DNA of 64,000 nucleotides from the NCBI RefSeq assembly GCF_037042905.1, contig NW_026974141.1, forward strand, positions 8,804,001 through 8,868,000. Direction: 5' to 3'. The notes beneath the pieces are model-generated. The model made no database searches. It was not told where the DNA came from and saw only the letters and a program-made list of their open reading frames with translations. This document shows, piece after piece, positions 1 to 13,495 of this stretch. Both the position numbers and the translations under genes were made by a program. The DNA comes from Lytechinus pictus (Eukaryota). The stretch's first letter is position 1; the number at the start of each line of letters is the position of its first letter.

Positions 1-249
1 CACATTTTTTGTTTTATTTATTTATTATTTATTTATTGAATTATTAATTAATTTATTAATTAATTGATTTATTTATTTACAGTGTATTTATTCATGTATA
101 TTCTTATTTTTTTTATTATTGATTATTATTATTTTATTGATTTATTTGTTTTCATTTATTCACTTATTATTTTTTTCTGGGGGGGATGGCAAAGAGCCTC
201 CACGGATCTGTGCCTGACCTAAACCCCTTGCTGGATCTATAAACTCATT

Positions 250-488
250 GGGTGATTTCAAGTTCAGTGTTGACCTTTTGGTGTTGGTGTTAGGTCAATT
301 TTTACACGACTATATTACACCAAACATAAAATGAAGATGTTCCCGAAAAGTCACTCACTATAAGTTGTTGAGATGTCAATAGTGTGATCTGGATCGGTTT
401 TACGAACTCGGAATAAAGTTTGGAGCTAAGGGAAGCAATCCGAATTTCAACACCAACACCAAGGCCAACACCGGACTTGAAATCACCA
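250..488. mobile_element. MITE with GGGTGATTTCAAG TIRs and ATT TSD (PIF/Harbinger-Tourist-like)
   Basis: TIRs and 3-bp ATT on both sides; same family at 10302-10982 and a degraded copy near 42377-42695. Confidence 0.7.
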
Positions 489-1799
489 ATTGGAACCCAA
501 ATCCATTATACCATTGTTGCAGTGTACAACTTACATTTTAATGATAGCCCTTATTATGCTCCATGACATCTCCTTTCAGTATGAAGTTTCTCTCATAATT
601 TCATTCATACAAATTTGAATAATTCATTATGTTCACACCTTCAGTTGTGAACTTTGCGACTTTTGCTTTATTAAATTGGTCACAAATTTAATCCTTTGCA
701 TTTTTAGTAACGAGGATGGCGATTGTGTCGCAATATTTGCAACTGCAATCATCAAATTGGCAACCCAAATTCTCATGCTTTATTCCAGTGACCAATAGGA
801 AGAGGATGCCGATTCTAAAGCTCAAAGGTTCACTACTATGATTGTCAAATTGGCAACTATAATTTGGAAATAAAAATCTGACCATAATCATCCTCTTAGT
901 TTTAAGGTCATTAAATTGGCAACCTACAGTATGATCAGGAGTGCAAAAGCAACATGAGCTGTTAACGAGCATTATTCAGGGCTATTTTAATTTCATTTGC
1001 TGTGTGATAAAGATTAATCATCAGGTGTTCCTTTCCGCATGCCCCAATTATCTCTTTACTCTTTTTATATTATATTACATTCCATAAAGATTTCATACGA
1101 AACTTTGCAAGCCTTTTGAAATAAAAATCTACATTTACTGCCTTATTCTCGCCCATCTTCCACATGAACTCGGCAAGATAGCGTTCTGCTGGTATAACAC
1201 CAAGCAGGTATAACAAATAAAATTACACTAGTCCAATACTGTTCAGATAACTTTCTTAATCTAGGATTTTCCTCAAACCGTTAATGTTTTTTATTAATAC
1301 CTTTTCATGTATTTTTACAGCAAGCTTTTCATCAGCGTAAACAGTCCCTTTAAATGCATAATTTTCAGCATGATTGGTGAGAAATTATGATGCACAGGTA
1401 CACACTCTAATTTTTCATGGATTCAAAATGATTCCAGATCGGCTCTGAATAGTGACCACTTGTACTGTGGATTTATATTATAAATCCTTTGAGATAAAAA
1501 GAAAAAATCTAGAGGATTCAAATTTAATCAAGGATCTGACTTGCCACTCTTGATAATATTCTTCAAAGTTTTCTTAAAGAGCCCACAGAGCAAAGAGGCC
1601 AAACTTTAAAAACACGAAAGAGATAGAGATTGAAAACAATAAAGGGAATCAACTATTCAGTTGTTAATTGCCAAATGTCAGTCCTATAAAACAGTGTCAA
1701 TTAAGGCATGAAAAAAATAGATTTACTTTACTTCTTAAAAACCCTGTTTCATGTGTAGAAAAAAAATGGGTTTATTTTCGATTGGTCTACACTGTTAGA

Positions 1800-2550
1800 A
1801 AAATTTCCGTTTTTTAACGGAAAAAGTCCGGCAGCAGAATTTCCGGACTTTTTTTTTTTTTCCGTAAATTTACAGAAAGTGGTAATTTATGGAAAAGTTC
1901 TGTAAAATATACAAGATTCCGTAAATTACAATTCTTGAAAATACGGACTTTATTTACGGAAACTTTACAGAAAATTTACATAAATTAACATGATTCCGTA
2001 TAAATAATTAACGGAAAAAAAAAATTTGTCCGGAAATTTTGCTGCCGGAATTTTTTTTTTTTGTCCGTAATTTTACGGATTCCTTTTCCGTAAAATTACC
2101 GTACTTTTACAGATTCCCATGAAAAATACGGATTTTATGTACGGAAATTTTACAGAAAATTTACGTGAATTAACATGATTCCGTATAAATAATTAACGGA
2201 AAAAAAAAATTTGTCCGGAAATTTTGCTGCCGGAATTTTTTTTTTTGTCCGTAATTTTACGGATTCCTTTTCCGTAAAATTACCGTACTTTTACAAATTC
2301 CCATGTAAAATATGGATATTATTTACGGAAATTTTACAGAAAATTTACGTGAATTAACATGATTCCGTATAAATAATTAACGGGAAAAAAAAATTTGTCC
2401 GGAAATTTTGCTGCCGGAATTTTTTTTTTAAATCCGTAATTTTACGGATTCCTTTTCCGTAAAATTACCGTACTTTTACAAAATTCCCATGTAAATTTAC
2501 ACATTTCCGTAAAAAAACAAGTTTACAGAATTCTTAAATTTTTTACAGAT
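1800..2550. repeat. Left subterminal tandem array (about 185-bp unit, about 3.5 copies)
   Basis: Near-identical units starting near 1937, 2122 and 2306. Confidence 0.9.
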
Positions 2551-4062
2551 ATTTTTTAATCAGTAGATACCTTACAATAGGAACGCTGATTTGCTATTTA
2601 AACATGTACTCCCAAACACATGGTAGATTGTATGAATGCATTCACTTAAGGCCTGAACAAACATTGTGTTGCCCTTTTCTGACCTGGACAAATCGGGCCA
2701 GCTTTTTTCAATTTCTTTTTTCATACTAAGCTTACTATTTCTAGAATAAAACATGGCAACAGTGATAGTGTCTCGCCCACTCATGAAAATAACCAGAAAT
2801 ATCGTGATTTGCGAGGGCACACAACATAATTGTATTGAAACTTCATTGTGAAATGACTGGGATGGAATAACACTTGTCATAAGAGCCTTGCACATAAACT
2901 TTAATGTTGACCTGTAAATTCAATTCAATTCAAAATGGTTTATTAAAAATCCTTTCTTTGCGGCAAAAGCCGAATTGCGAAAATTTACATTTCAAACAAA
3001 ATCATCAATAACAAGGTAAAAAAAACTTATAGTACTACGAACAAATTTCAATATAGACATATGTAACAAAGTATATCATAAATAAATTTAAATTGATACT
3101 CACTGATCAATAAAAAAAATTGAAAAATATTCAAAATACATGTAAATATGAGTGGATAGAGGAAATGAATTGGAAAGCAGAAAGGAATAGAAATAGTGGA
3201 AGAGAGAAGAGAGGCAGAGAAAGAGAGAGAGAAGAAATTGATGGTGGAAGGGAAACAGAGAGAAAAGGGCGAAGAAGCAATTCAATTCAATTCAATTCAT
3301 TTATTTTCTCTTTCAATCTTTTTACATTTACAATGATAGTTCAATATACATATTTACAAAATATAACATTTAAATCATTTTTTTATAATACAATAATACC
3401 ATGAAATCGAAAGGGAAGGAGACCAACTAAAAAGCAGAGCTTGTAGGGTGAAGGCCCCCTTTTATAAGTAAATTTTATGAATAAAAAATAAGATAAAATT
3501 AAGAAATAAACAATATATATCAAATGAATAAAAAATAAACAAATAAAAATAAAAATAAATAAATAATAATAAAAATAAATGATTCAGTATACACTGTATA
3601 CAGAAATCATAAAACGATTAAACATATATACAAAGAGAAATTAATAAACACATTTACATATTCAGTTCTGAATTACATTACTTTGGGAAAAAACGATAAT
3701 CTAATATGCTGCAATAATACATAGTTTGGCAATTTTTATGACTTCAATTCAAATATTAAGTTTACGACTAGATATCAGTGAATAATTGCTCATATGAAAG
3801 AAAAATATTTTGATTAACAAAGTAAAATGAAATGAAATGAAACTTGAGTTCGCCAACATAAAGAGAACTCAACATTAGAATTAGTATGTAATCTGCATTT
3901 TATAAAAAACAATCTTTTAATGATATCACATTTTAAGAGTCCAATGAATGATGAGTTCTTTAATTCTCAGCCATTCGTAGTTTGATATTATTGTACATGT
4001 AACGATAGGGGAAGATATATACAAAAAAAACTACTCCTTGTAATCAATTCTTTTAGAGTTAA

Positions 4063-4456
4063 AGGTAAATGCTAGTTTTGGTAACGATATCAATATGAGT
4101 TCGTACAGAATCCAATGAAATGACCACCAAAGTGTCTGTTTGTATAAATAAAACATATGTGCCAAAGGATTCTGGAAGAAATTGTGTAATTGCTGAGAAA
4201 TCAGCAAATAAGCACAGGATTCGGGTAGAGCGTCGGGCCCGACATTCCAAGCAATAATTATACACTGTCCCACGTGCGCTTATCTGTGTTGGGGATCTTC
4301 AGCCTGAACATTTTTCAGCGTAGATTTCAAGATTTCACAAAGTTCAGTTTATGTAACTGTACCAGATCTAGATCCTCGATGATTAATGACAATTAAGCCT
4401 TGTTTTACAGACTTTCTCATGAAATCAGTGTTTACTGCAACTACTGGAATTTCTCT
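4063..4456. mobile_element. Non-autonomous TTAA-TSD DNA element (Kolobok/piggyBac-type)
   Basis: ttaa|aggtaaatgctagt...actggaatttctct|ttaa; inverted relative near 51966-52349. Confidence 0.7.
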
Positions 4457-4459
4457 TTA

Positions 4460-4960
4460 AGGTGCCGAATCAACGAGGGCAAGGGGCTATTTCTATATCG
4501 TGAAGTTCGACATCGCATCTCTACTGTTCCGGCCAAGCTTCTAGTCTGATATTGACAAGTCCTATTTTGAGGTAGAAGGTGATACAGTTTAGACGTGGGG
4601 ATTTGCATAGACTTCGCAAACGCAAGACAAAGAGTTTGATCCATCTATCTTCAAGAGACATCAGTTCTGACTGGAGTAAAGCATGCTCATATGAAGAATA
4701 TGCTGCTCCAAAAATGATTCTAAGGGCACGTTTCTGAATACGTTCGATGACTTGTACTTGTTGTTTTGTTAGTGCTCCTGACCATACAGGTACAGCATAT
4801 TCAACAACTGGTCTCACGAAACTAGTATATACAACTATAAGGTCCTGAAATTACAGACTATGATATTTCAAAGTGCGAAGAACATATAAACGACTTTTTG
4901 CGCGCTTGACCATATATTCAACATGTGTAGACCATTTCAAATCCGACTGGATTGCTACGA
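4460..4960 (-). mobile_element. LINE (L2/CR1-group) ORF2 3' fragment, degenerate
   Basis: SDLKWSTHVEYMVKRAKSRLY..., RPVVEYAVPVWS...IERIQKRALRII...SLEDR, with stops and frameshifts. Confidence 0.85.
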
Positions 4961-5132
4961 TGCAGTGACACATCATGGAGTGAGAGCACCGTCGGGTTTG
5001 GTACATTTCTACAAAAACTTTGAACACTTTGACCTTACCATGTGACCTCCGACTGCAGCATAATATGCAGGTCGCCTAAGTACATCTACCATCCAAGTTT
5101 GGTTGAAAAGTGACTTACGGTTGCGGAGTTAG

Positions 5133-8100
5133 GTGTGCTGCCAGGCCATCTGGCAACGATGCTTGTTATTTTCCCAGCCTGATCACAAACAACCTAGCAG
5201 AAGACAAAAGAGGAATATCAAATCTTACATTCATAACTGTCTCTATATCGTTCTGGGCACTTAATTTTCAATTTTCTTTGGGACATCCAATGGGAGCACA
5301 CAACAATTGAGTTTTGCAAGTTTATCACATATTTGGAATGCAATTTTAACATGCATGCACATAAAAATTATTGGTGTGCTTTCCATGTTAGGTTGATTTA
5401 TCCAACAATCACCCCACCCTTCCACTGCTTCAATTGCTCAGTACTTGCACACACACAAAAAAAAATATATATGCTACAGAATTAACTACTCATTTTAAAA
5501 ATTGCCCAATCAAATACGAATCGAATAATTACTATAAATGAAACTGAAGTGATAGGAAATCCTAGGAAAGAAAATTAATGTCACATTCTTTTTTTTTGCC
5601 AAACTTTATACAAAATAGTACATTGTTCTAGTTATAGTAATTTAAGTGGCTTTCACATTTGCTTGTATTAGCAATTTCAATCATTTGATCACAATATATG
5701 TCGCACACAATCACAAAGGTTGCAAGCAGTCTCAGCACTAATTGTGAAAAGGGCCTAAGAAAGGGTATAATTAATCTAACCTGAACATTGATCGAGTATC
5801 TATTCTTCCTGTTGAGGAAGTATATTGCCTGATCCCCACCAGGGCTCCTGATGTAGACATGTGTCCCATCAATTGCACCTATCACTCCTGGAAATCTGCA
5901 GTACTGGAAGAACTGTCGCTGAGTTGCTTCAACTTCTTCTCTTGTCGAAGGAAACTTCATGTATTGCCTTTTCCTTCTTGCTATAGCTTCTGACACATCT
6001 TTGATGATTCGACACATTGATGACTGTGATATTGCTGCCTCATCACCATGCATCTTTTGAAATGATCCTGTAAAATCAAACAAACCATATGGTTGATAGG
6101 TCATTGTTTCGAGGTAATTTTAAAACATTTCATTACACATACAGATGATACTTCTGATGACAAAAAAAATTAAGCACATATTTCATAAGAATATTCATCT
6201 TTTACAAATATCAGACAATTTTCTGCAATTCATTTTAACAAGTGGAAGGCCTCTTGCAGTGTCGCCATCATACGCGATTCGATATAGCAGCAGTACTGAC
6301 TTCAAAAACAGCTATTGAATAATGTTTATTTTCTGCCCCGTGCTTTTGACTTTTTACCTTGATGTTTTTGCACATCTATTGATAAAAAATCAAAAAAATT
6401 GGTCAGTACCCCCAAAGTGTACCACTATATAACATGGCGCGCAACATACATGGTATTTCCCATACATAGTAGATGTCTATGTGTGATCATTCACATGATT
6501 ATAATTCAAATAAAAAAACATTTCTAAATATTCATTTGGAACTTATGATAATCATGTGGAAACCAACTCGCATATCTAATGAGCTGTGACCTTTGACCTG
6601 CGGACTCCGAATTCGAACTGAGCCTGTATTTTGGTGTCCTATACCTACACACCAAACTTTTTTTATCCATTACATATTTTTTTACTTATTGCGCGGAAAC
6701 CAAGTGGGGGGTGGACGGACAGGGGCAATGCATGACCATCCAGGCGCCATTTTGTAAATTTCTAGTCCATTTGCATACTATTCCTAATCCCATCCTTACT
6801 CTCTTATCCTGCATGCTACACACTTCTAACAAATTGCTGTAGATTGTTTAAGAGTTGCTCTTCATATGAAAATATGACTTGCCCTTGAAAATGCCGTCTT
6901 CATGCCCTAAATTCAAATCCGAAATAGTCTACATTAAAAAAAATTCATATTTATTGAAATGTAAAGTAGGAAAATCATAAAATGGCCGTAACTTCCTTGT
7001 TTTTATTTATTTTGGTCTGATTTGGGAACATGCTTCCTTATTCATCTGTTTTTACGCATCAGTGACCATTACCTTTAGAAATAGCGCCCTCTATTGCAAA
7101 GTGGAATAATAGTAAAATGGCCATCACTTACTTGTTTTCATTTATTTCAGTTTCATATTTTCAGGGTTGACTTACGATAGTCCAAATTCAATTGTTTTTT
7201 TTTTTCATTTTACACATCAATGACCATTATCTTAAAAAATAGCGCCCTCTATTGCAAACTAAAGAAATATTATAATGGCCATGACGATAAGTTCCTAGTT
7301 TTCATTTATTTCGGTCTCATATTTTCAGGGTATGCTTATGGCATCATCCCTCATAATCCATGTTTTTTTACGCACATCAGTGACCATTACCTTAAAGAAA
7401 TAGCGCTCTCTATTAAAAAGTTGGAAAACAGTAAAATGGCCATCACTTCCTTGTTTCCATTTATCTTGGTATCACTTTTTTAGGGTTTGCTAATGGCATC
7501 ATCCCTCATATGCAAAATGTTTTTTTTACGCATCAGTGACCATTGCCTATAAAAATAGCGCCCTCTTAATATTTTGAAAATGTATATCCTCAGGAGTTTT
7601 CTCTTTATCTCCTTCTGTTTCTTGCCCTCCATAAAATCACAGGCGTCAATGCATGCACATTGTTCTGATACAATTGCAGCTCTAGTTTTTTGTGTGTATG
7701 TTCATCTCGAGTTGTTATCTATGTGCCAAATTTCATAGCTTTTCATCGCAACACAGCCAAGTTTCGGGGGGGGGGGGGGGGTGGGGGTGATCTGCCAATT
7801 TAGAGTTAATGACGAATTTATAACTCTAACCTGACATAACAGTTCTAACAGCAGAAACAGCAGAGCTTCACTCCTGCTGTGGTAGTTTTGGAATTTTTAA
7901 GCATGCAATTCATAGGTACTTGACTGTTTGCTTAAATGATACTCTTACTTATGTGATCCCTCTCTGATTTCTAGATATTGTCATCATCATCAACTTTGTC
8001 TGGAGTCCTAAAATTAATAGAAACAACCTCAGTCAAATAGATTTAACAGTGCCCAGAAACATTCAATAATCATTTAATTCAATTACTCACCCACTGCATG

Positions 8101-8652
8101 AAAACGGAGAGCTGTCAACACCTGCAAATAAACGGGAAGTGGATCATTCCTCTGTGTGTCCCTCTTCAATTTGGCTTCCAGCATGTTGATGATGTAAATG
8201 ACGGTTTCTTTTGACAGTTGATACCGATCTCGAAATGGCCCATCCTCATACGATTCCGATGGATTTCTAGCATCCCGTAGCCCACGACGTGGTCTTGGCA
8301 AAGGTAGCTGTACATGTATGCAGAAGAGTTGAATATTATTTTTAATTCTTTTATTTTGTGATCTTTATAAACGTTCCAAACAGTGAACATGTGCATGTAG
8401 ATTTGATTACACATCTACCAACATAATAACTGCAATCTTAATTGTCTTCCCAAGATTAACAAAAATTACATTCAAAATGTTATTTCAAGTTTTCATTTTT
8501 GTTATCTCATCAAATCATTTCAATAATACTTTTAAACAAATTAAAACAATGTAAACCAAATTTATCAATCATACCTCTCTTAGCAATTCAAGGTTGTGAA
8601 GGTGATGGAGATAATCCATGGGTATAGGTAGATGTCAACCGACGACGTAATT
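5133..8652 (-). pseudogene. PIF/Harbinger (HARBI1-like) DDE transposase gene, intron-containing, 3'-truncated; coding exons 8619-8575 (ATG), 8307-8091, 6067-5781, 5193-5133
   Basis: Spliced frame MDYLHHLHNLELLRE/LPLPRPRR..RYQLSKETV..LTALRFHAVG/SFQ..FPGVIGAIDGTHVYI..NRKNRYSINVQ/VVCDQAGKITSIVARWPGST, cut just before the expected HD; GT-AG sites with matching phases. Confidence 0.88.
6975..7566. repeat. Tandem repeat, about 135-160-bp unit, about 4 copies, in a transposase intron
   Basis: aatggccatcactt...cagtgaccatt...aaatagcgccctct recurring near 6981, 7116, 7274 and 7435. Confidence 0.85.
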
Positions 8653-9750
8653 CTGTGAAACAATTGTCAAATAACAACACAAACATTATTATTTAATAAA
8701 TACCGGTAGGCAAATAATTGGAAACATATACATATAAAAATAATTCATTGGTTTATCACTTTATACAGATCTCATAGTGAATGATAAATAAAACAAAAAC
8801 ATTGTAATCATTTGTGCGAGATGCCTTTAAAAATTAAAGTTTTTTTTTTGGGGGGGGCGCTATATTTTCTCTATTTGCAAGTGATATGAAAAAGATTTTA
8901 GAACGAAATTTAAGTAATCAACTCTTTAATATTTCAGCCTCTAAAAATTGGCCTGTGCCGAAAGCAAAAGAAAGGTATATTTTTAAATGCAATTTAGGCA
9001 AATTGAAAAAAAAAAGCATTTCTTTCTCCTCTTTAAATGCACCAAATAGTACAAAATTATATGGGGTCTTCGGAAATTTTATTTTATCTATGAGAAGCAA
9101 GTTCCCATAGAAGAATAATTACAGCTGAGAACAAATTTTGCTTTCTACTATATGGTCAACATATAGTCAATAGACCAGCATGTTTCCACTTATATTGCAC
9201 TTTCATTTGACCGGCATGTTTCCATTTTCATTACAGTGGACATTGTATAATAATTTAATGAAACACAAGTGAAGACTCTCTTTATTTGATATGTAATGGG
9301 AGAAATAGACTGAGGACAAAATAAAAGACCTGTTCTAAAACAAACAATTTAATCAAATAATTGGAATGTAGCAATCATCATTATAAAAATTTAAGCTTGA
9401 AAAGAGAATCATTTAATTATAGATAAACCCACAGAGCTGTAAGAAACTTCAACCCGGGCTTCAACCCTTCACAATCACATGCACACTGTCACTAAACCCA
9501 TGCCCACACCTCCAGAGGACACATGTACAGCACGCTTCGCATTACCTAAAGCGATGTTCGTGCAGGCTCCACTCCACTTCACTACCGCTACACTGTACGC
9601 TCCAACAAGGTCGTCTACATCGCTTGAGCTGAGGTAGCTTCGCATCACACATACACACATGGAACACACTGTCTTAACTGAATTATCAGTGAATGGCTGA
9701 GAATGGAAACCCGTCGGTCGCTAGCCAGCACTAAGTCATTACTAGATCTA

Positions 9751-10268
9751 CCTCGAGCGAAGTTCGTGCAGGCTCCACTCCACTTCACTACCGCTAGTGA
9801 CAAAGGTGGGATGGAAATGTTATTTATTGTAAAAATTATAGAAAAAAATAAAACGAGGAAATTTTTTTTTTCCCATACTCGTAGAATATTTTTGGTATTT
9901 TCTGAACCATCCAATAATAATATAAATATTTATGCTGTTTGACCTGCGACCGATCGCATGCGATGTTTTTAAATCGGCCATGAATAGTGACGTGTGAGGA
10001 AATAGATACTGGCTCAAAATCAACAATTTAGAGGATAACCAGAGGATGGACACGGAGTGAAATACGGGTGAAGAGTAAGAAATTAAGCTATTTTTCTTTC
10101 TCTTTATATTTTTTGTTACGATTTTTACAATAAATAACATTTCCATCGGCCACCCCACCTTTGTCACTCGGAATATCCGATCGAGTTCACCGTCCCGAAG
10201 TTTGGGTAGGTGGAGTGTAGTGTAGCGGTAGTGAAGTGGAGTGGAGCCTGCGCGAACTTCGCTTGAGG
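9751..10268. mobile_element. Foldback/MITE with long TIRs (CCTC..GAGG) and TA TSD; truncated copy near 9545-9636
   Basis: cctcgagcgaagttcgtgcaggctccactccacttcactaccgcta and its reverse complement; inner arms gtgacaaaggtggg/cccacctttgtcac. Confidence 0.75.
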
Positions 10269-10301
10269 TATTACTAGATCTAACTAACTGTAGTTGACAT
10301 T

Positions 10302-10982
10302 GGGTGATTTCAAGTTCGGTGTTGGTGTTGAGAGCGTAAAAAGGCCGCTGAACCGAGCTCCAACACCGAGCTGGGACTGGGTTCAGAGGAATGATACCAA
10401 TGGCGTTATCGATAGCACATGACGTCACGCCTCTGCGCTGCGCTGCTAAATCATCTCAACTTCACGCGAGAAGTCTCGACGACGAAAATGAAATCGGAAA
10501 GAAATGCATTAAATTCTCATCGTACAGAATACATGTACCAATGTTTTAATTAATTCAAGAATTCAAAAGAGTGAACATTATTCTTTATCAAAATACATAC
10601 AGCTCAAATGATTTGTTCTACTACTATACTACTAGTACTAGCTCATCTTAACTGTAAAAGCTAATTTTACGGGGATGTTTCATCGTGTTTGCCGCCTGTT
10701 CACGAGCTTGAGATTGCCAACACCAACACCGAACTTGAAACCATGATTTTCCCAATCCCTGGGGGTTGGTGTTGGTGAATGGGGAAATTGCACGTAGATC
10801 GTCAACACCAGCCGCAGTGCTGGGTTCAGCAGACGACATTCAACACGAACTGCCGGAAATACGTCATATTTTCCGAGGTCAATCCCAATTAACACCAGCC
10901 TGATTTCAAGTACGGTGTTGTGGCTGGTGTTGTCACAACACCAACACCAGATTTCAACACTGTACTTGAGTTGAAATCACCC
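10302..10982. mobile_element. MITE with GGGTGATTTCAA TIRs and ATT TSD
   Basis: att|gggtgatttcaa...ttgaaatcaccc|att; internal GGTGTTG/CAACACC repeats. Confidence 0.75.
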
Positions 10983-11574
10983 ATTCAATGCCATTGTCAT
11001 TGTCATTGATTTGATTTAGAATTAGATCATCTAGGCTACCGGCTAGGCCCTAATCTAATCTAGGCCTACCCCAAGTTTAAATAAGTTTAATTGCACAAAT
11101 TTAATATTTTGAGGTTTATATTTTCATCTTGACATTTACAAATGAAGATACAAATGAATATATAAATGGCATCATAATATAAAATATCCTTGTGAAGCTC
11201 ATAAAACAAGCTTGGCCCACGGCTTCGCACCTTCGATTCAATTCGTTCAACCACAGTGTCAAAATATCCAACACTCAAATGCACCAATGGGACTGTAGCA
11301 GCGCGTACGCGACGATACATTGCATCGTCTGGACTCGTCAATGCCAAAACCTTGTTCGTAATCATGAAAACCAACACTATTAATTTCATATAACTGCATA
11401 AAACGTATCAATATATTCCAGAGAGGCACAGCAGAAATTTCTTTTACGAATTCAAAGCAAAATACTTACGAATTTCTGATCAAGAAGATCACTTGACACA
11501 TCCAAGACCGGAAGGAAAATTCTCTTTGCTTCGCGGGCTTTTCACAAACTTCTCAAGTGCGCATGCTCGAAAAA

Positions 11575-12810
11575 GAAAACTTATCATTAACTTGATTTTT
11601 CTGTAAATTTTACAAAGTTTCCGTAGAAATTGCACTTTCCACATATTACGAATTAATCTGTTAAATCGTGTCTGTAAACTTAACATCTACTTTACAGTAA
11701 ATTTACAAAGATGTATCGTAAACGTCTCGATCCTTACGTCAGTAAATTTACCATTATAACCTGATTTTTCTGTAAATTTTACAAATTTTCTGAAGAAATT
11801 GCACTTTACACATATTACAAATTAATCTGTTAAATCTTGTCCATAAACTTACATCTACTTTACAGTAAATTTACAAGATGTATCGTAAACGTCTCCTTTC
11901 AATAATGATCTTCACTACAATTACGGACAATGTCAGTAAATTTATCATTATAACCTGATTTTTCTGTAAATTCTACAAAGTTTCCGTAGAAATTGCCATT
12001 TCTGTTAAATCTTGTCCGTAAATTTACAGCTACCTTTCTAGTAAATTTACAAAGATTTGTACCGTAAACCACTAAACGTCTCATTTCTGAGATTAATTTT
12101 TAATATATATATGTAAAGTGGAATTTCTACGGAAAATTTGTAAACTTTACAGAAAAATCAGGTTATATGATAAATTTTCTGACGTTGTCCGTAAACTTAC
12201 ATCTACTTTACAGTAAATTTACAAGATGTACCGTAAACGTCTCCTTTCAATAATGATCTTCTGTACAATTACGGATCAAAACGTTTGTAAAATTGATCAT
12301 TTACCTGATTTTTATGTAATTTTTACAAATTTTCCGTAGTTTGTATAGTACAAATTAATCTGTTAAATCTTGTCCGTAAACTTACAGCTACTTTCTAGTA
12401 AATTTACAAAGATTTGTACCGTAAACCACCAAACGTCTCCTTTCAAGAATGATCTTCACTACAATTACGGACAACGTCAGAAAATGTATCATTAACCTGA
12501 TTTTTCTGTAAATTTTACAAAATTTTCCGTAGAAAATGCACTTTACACATGTTACAAATTAATATGTTAAATCTTATCCGTAAACTTACATCTACTGACA
12601 GTAAATTTACAAGATGTATCGTAAACGCCTCCTTTCAATAATGATCTTCTGTACAATTACAGAAAACGTCCGTAAAATTGATCATTTACCTAATTATTAT
12701 GTAATTTTTACGGGTTTTCTGTAGAAATCCGTAAATTTACAATTTTTTTCCGTATTTTATCGTTTACGGACGATTTCTGTTAAAATTTGTCCGTAAAATT
12801 ACGGCAATTT
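11575..12810. repeat. Right subterminal repeat array (direct plus one inverted sub-block)
   Basis: Recurrent aacctgatttttctgtaaattttacaaa / gtccgtaaacttacatctactttacagtaaatttacaag units. Confidence 0.88.
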
Positions 12811-12962
12811 TTAACAGTGTAATGCCAATTCGTCCAATTACCAACTCGTCTAAGATCTTTTGGTCTACCATAAGTTCGTCCACTATCCAGTCTTAATTGT
12901 CATTTTGTTTATTAATATCCAGTTGGTCCAATAGCCAATTAGTCCACATACCATTTGGACTA

Positions 12963-13495
12963 CAGTAAACAAATATATCAGGCTTTGAGAAAGTATAGTG
13001 GAATTATTTATCCGAGGTTGGTCTGGCAATTACTATTTTTCCCGAGGGGCGAAGCCCCGAGGGAAATATAGTAGTTTTGCCAGTCCAACCGAGGATTAAT
13101 AATTCCAACTATGCTTTCGAATGAAACGCCTGGTATATTTGTTTTATATCCTACTTTTGGTAATTTACAACCAAACTCTTTGTGTTGAGCTTGCAAAGTC
13201 CGGTTACTTGAGTTGAATTACCTACTTTTCTCCGAGCCACCGCGCTCAGCGGAACGCAGATTAGTGCCTGCGCCGACGCATCGCTGGACTTGGCCGGGAG
13301 AGAGAGCGCGTTGGCCGGTGCGCCCGAGAGTTTAGCTAGATATCCAGTTTTGCGAAATAATGACGTCAGACCTCGATATATCCAAAAATATATCGAGGTC
13401 TGACGTCACGCAACATCATAGTTGAAATATATCAGGTCACATGATGCTACTTGAACCAATCACTATACAGGATTTACTCTATGTAGGATATAATA
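12963..13495. mobile_element. Unclassified non-autonomous element inserted in the host MITE
   Basis: Interrupts the host MITE between ttggacta and agtgttaatt, which are contiguous at 48895-48911; internal palindromes such as gacgtcagacctcgatata..tatatcgaggtctgacgtc. Confidence 0.65.

Larger units (their letters stand above)
1790..12819. mobile_element. About 11-kb DNA transposon with CACTGTTA..TAACAGTG termini and TA TSD (CMC/EnSpm-like), with nested inserts
   Basis: TIR at both ends; TA at 1788-89 and 12820-21; related TTTACGGA/TCCGTAAA subterminal arrays at both ends; excision restores the host MITE seen intact at 48710-49056. Confidence 0.8.

Noticed and set aside
1800-2550. Regular repeat array resembling CRISPR
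   Set aside because: No unique spacers, eukaryotic context; these are transposon subterminal tandem repeats.
9820-10428. 202-aa minus-strand ORF
   Set aside because: Crosses two unrelated palindromic MITEs; no recognisable domain.
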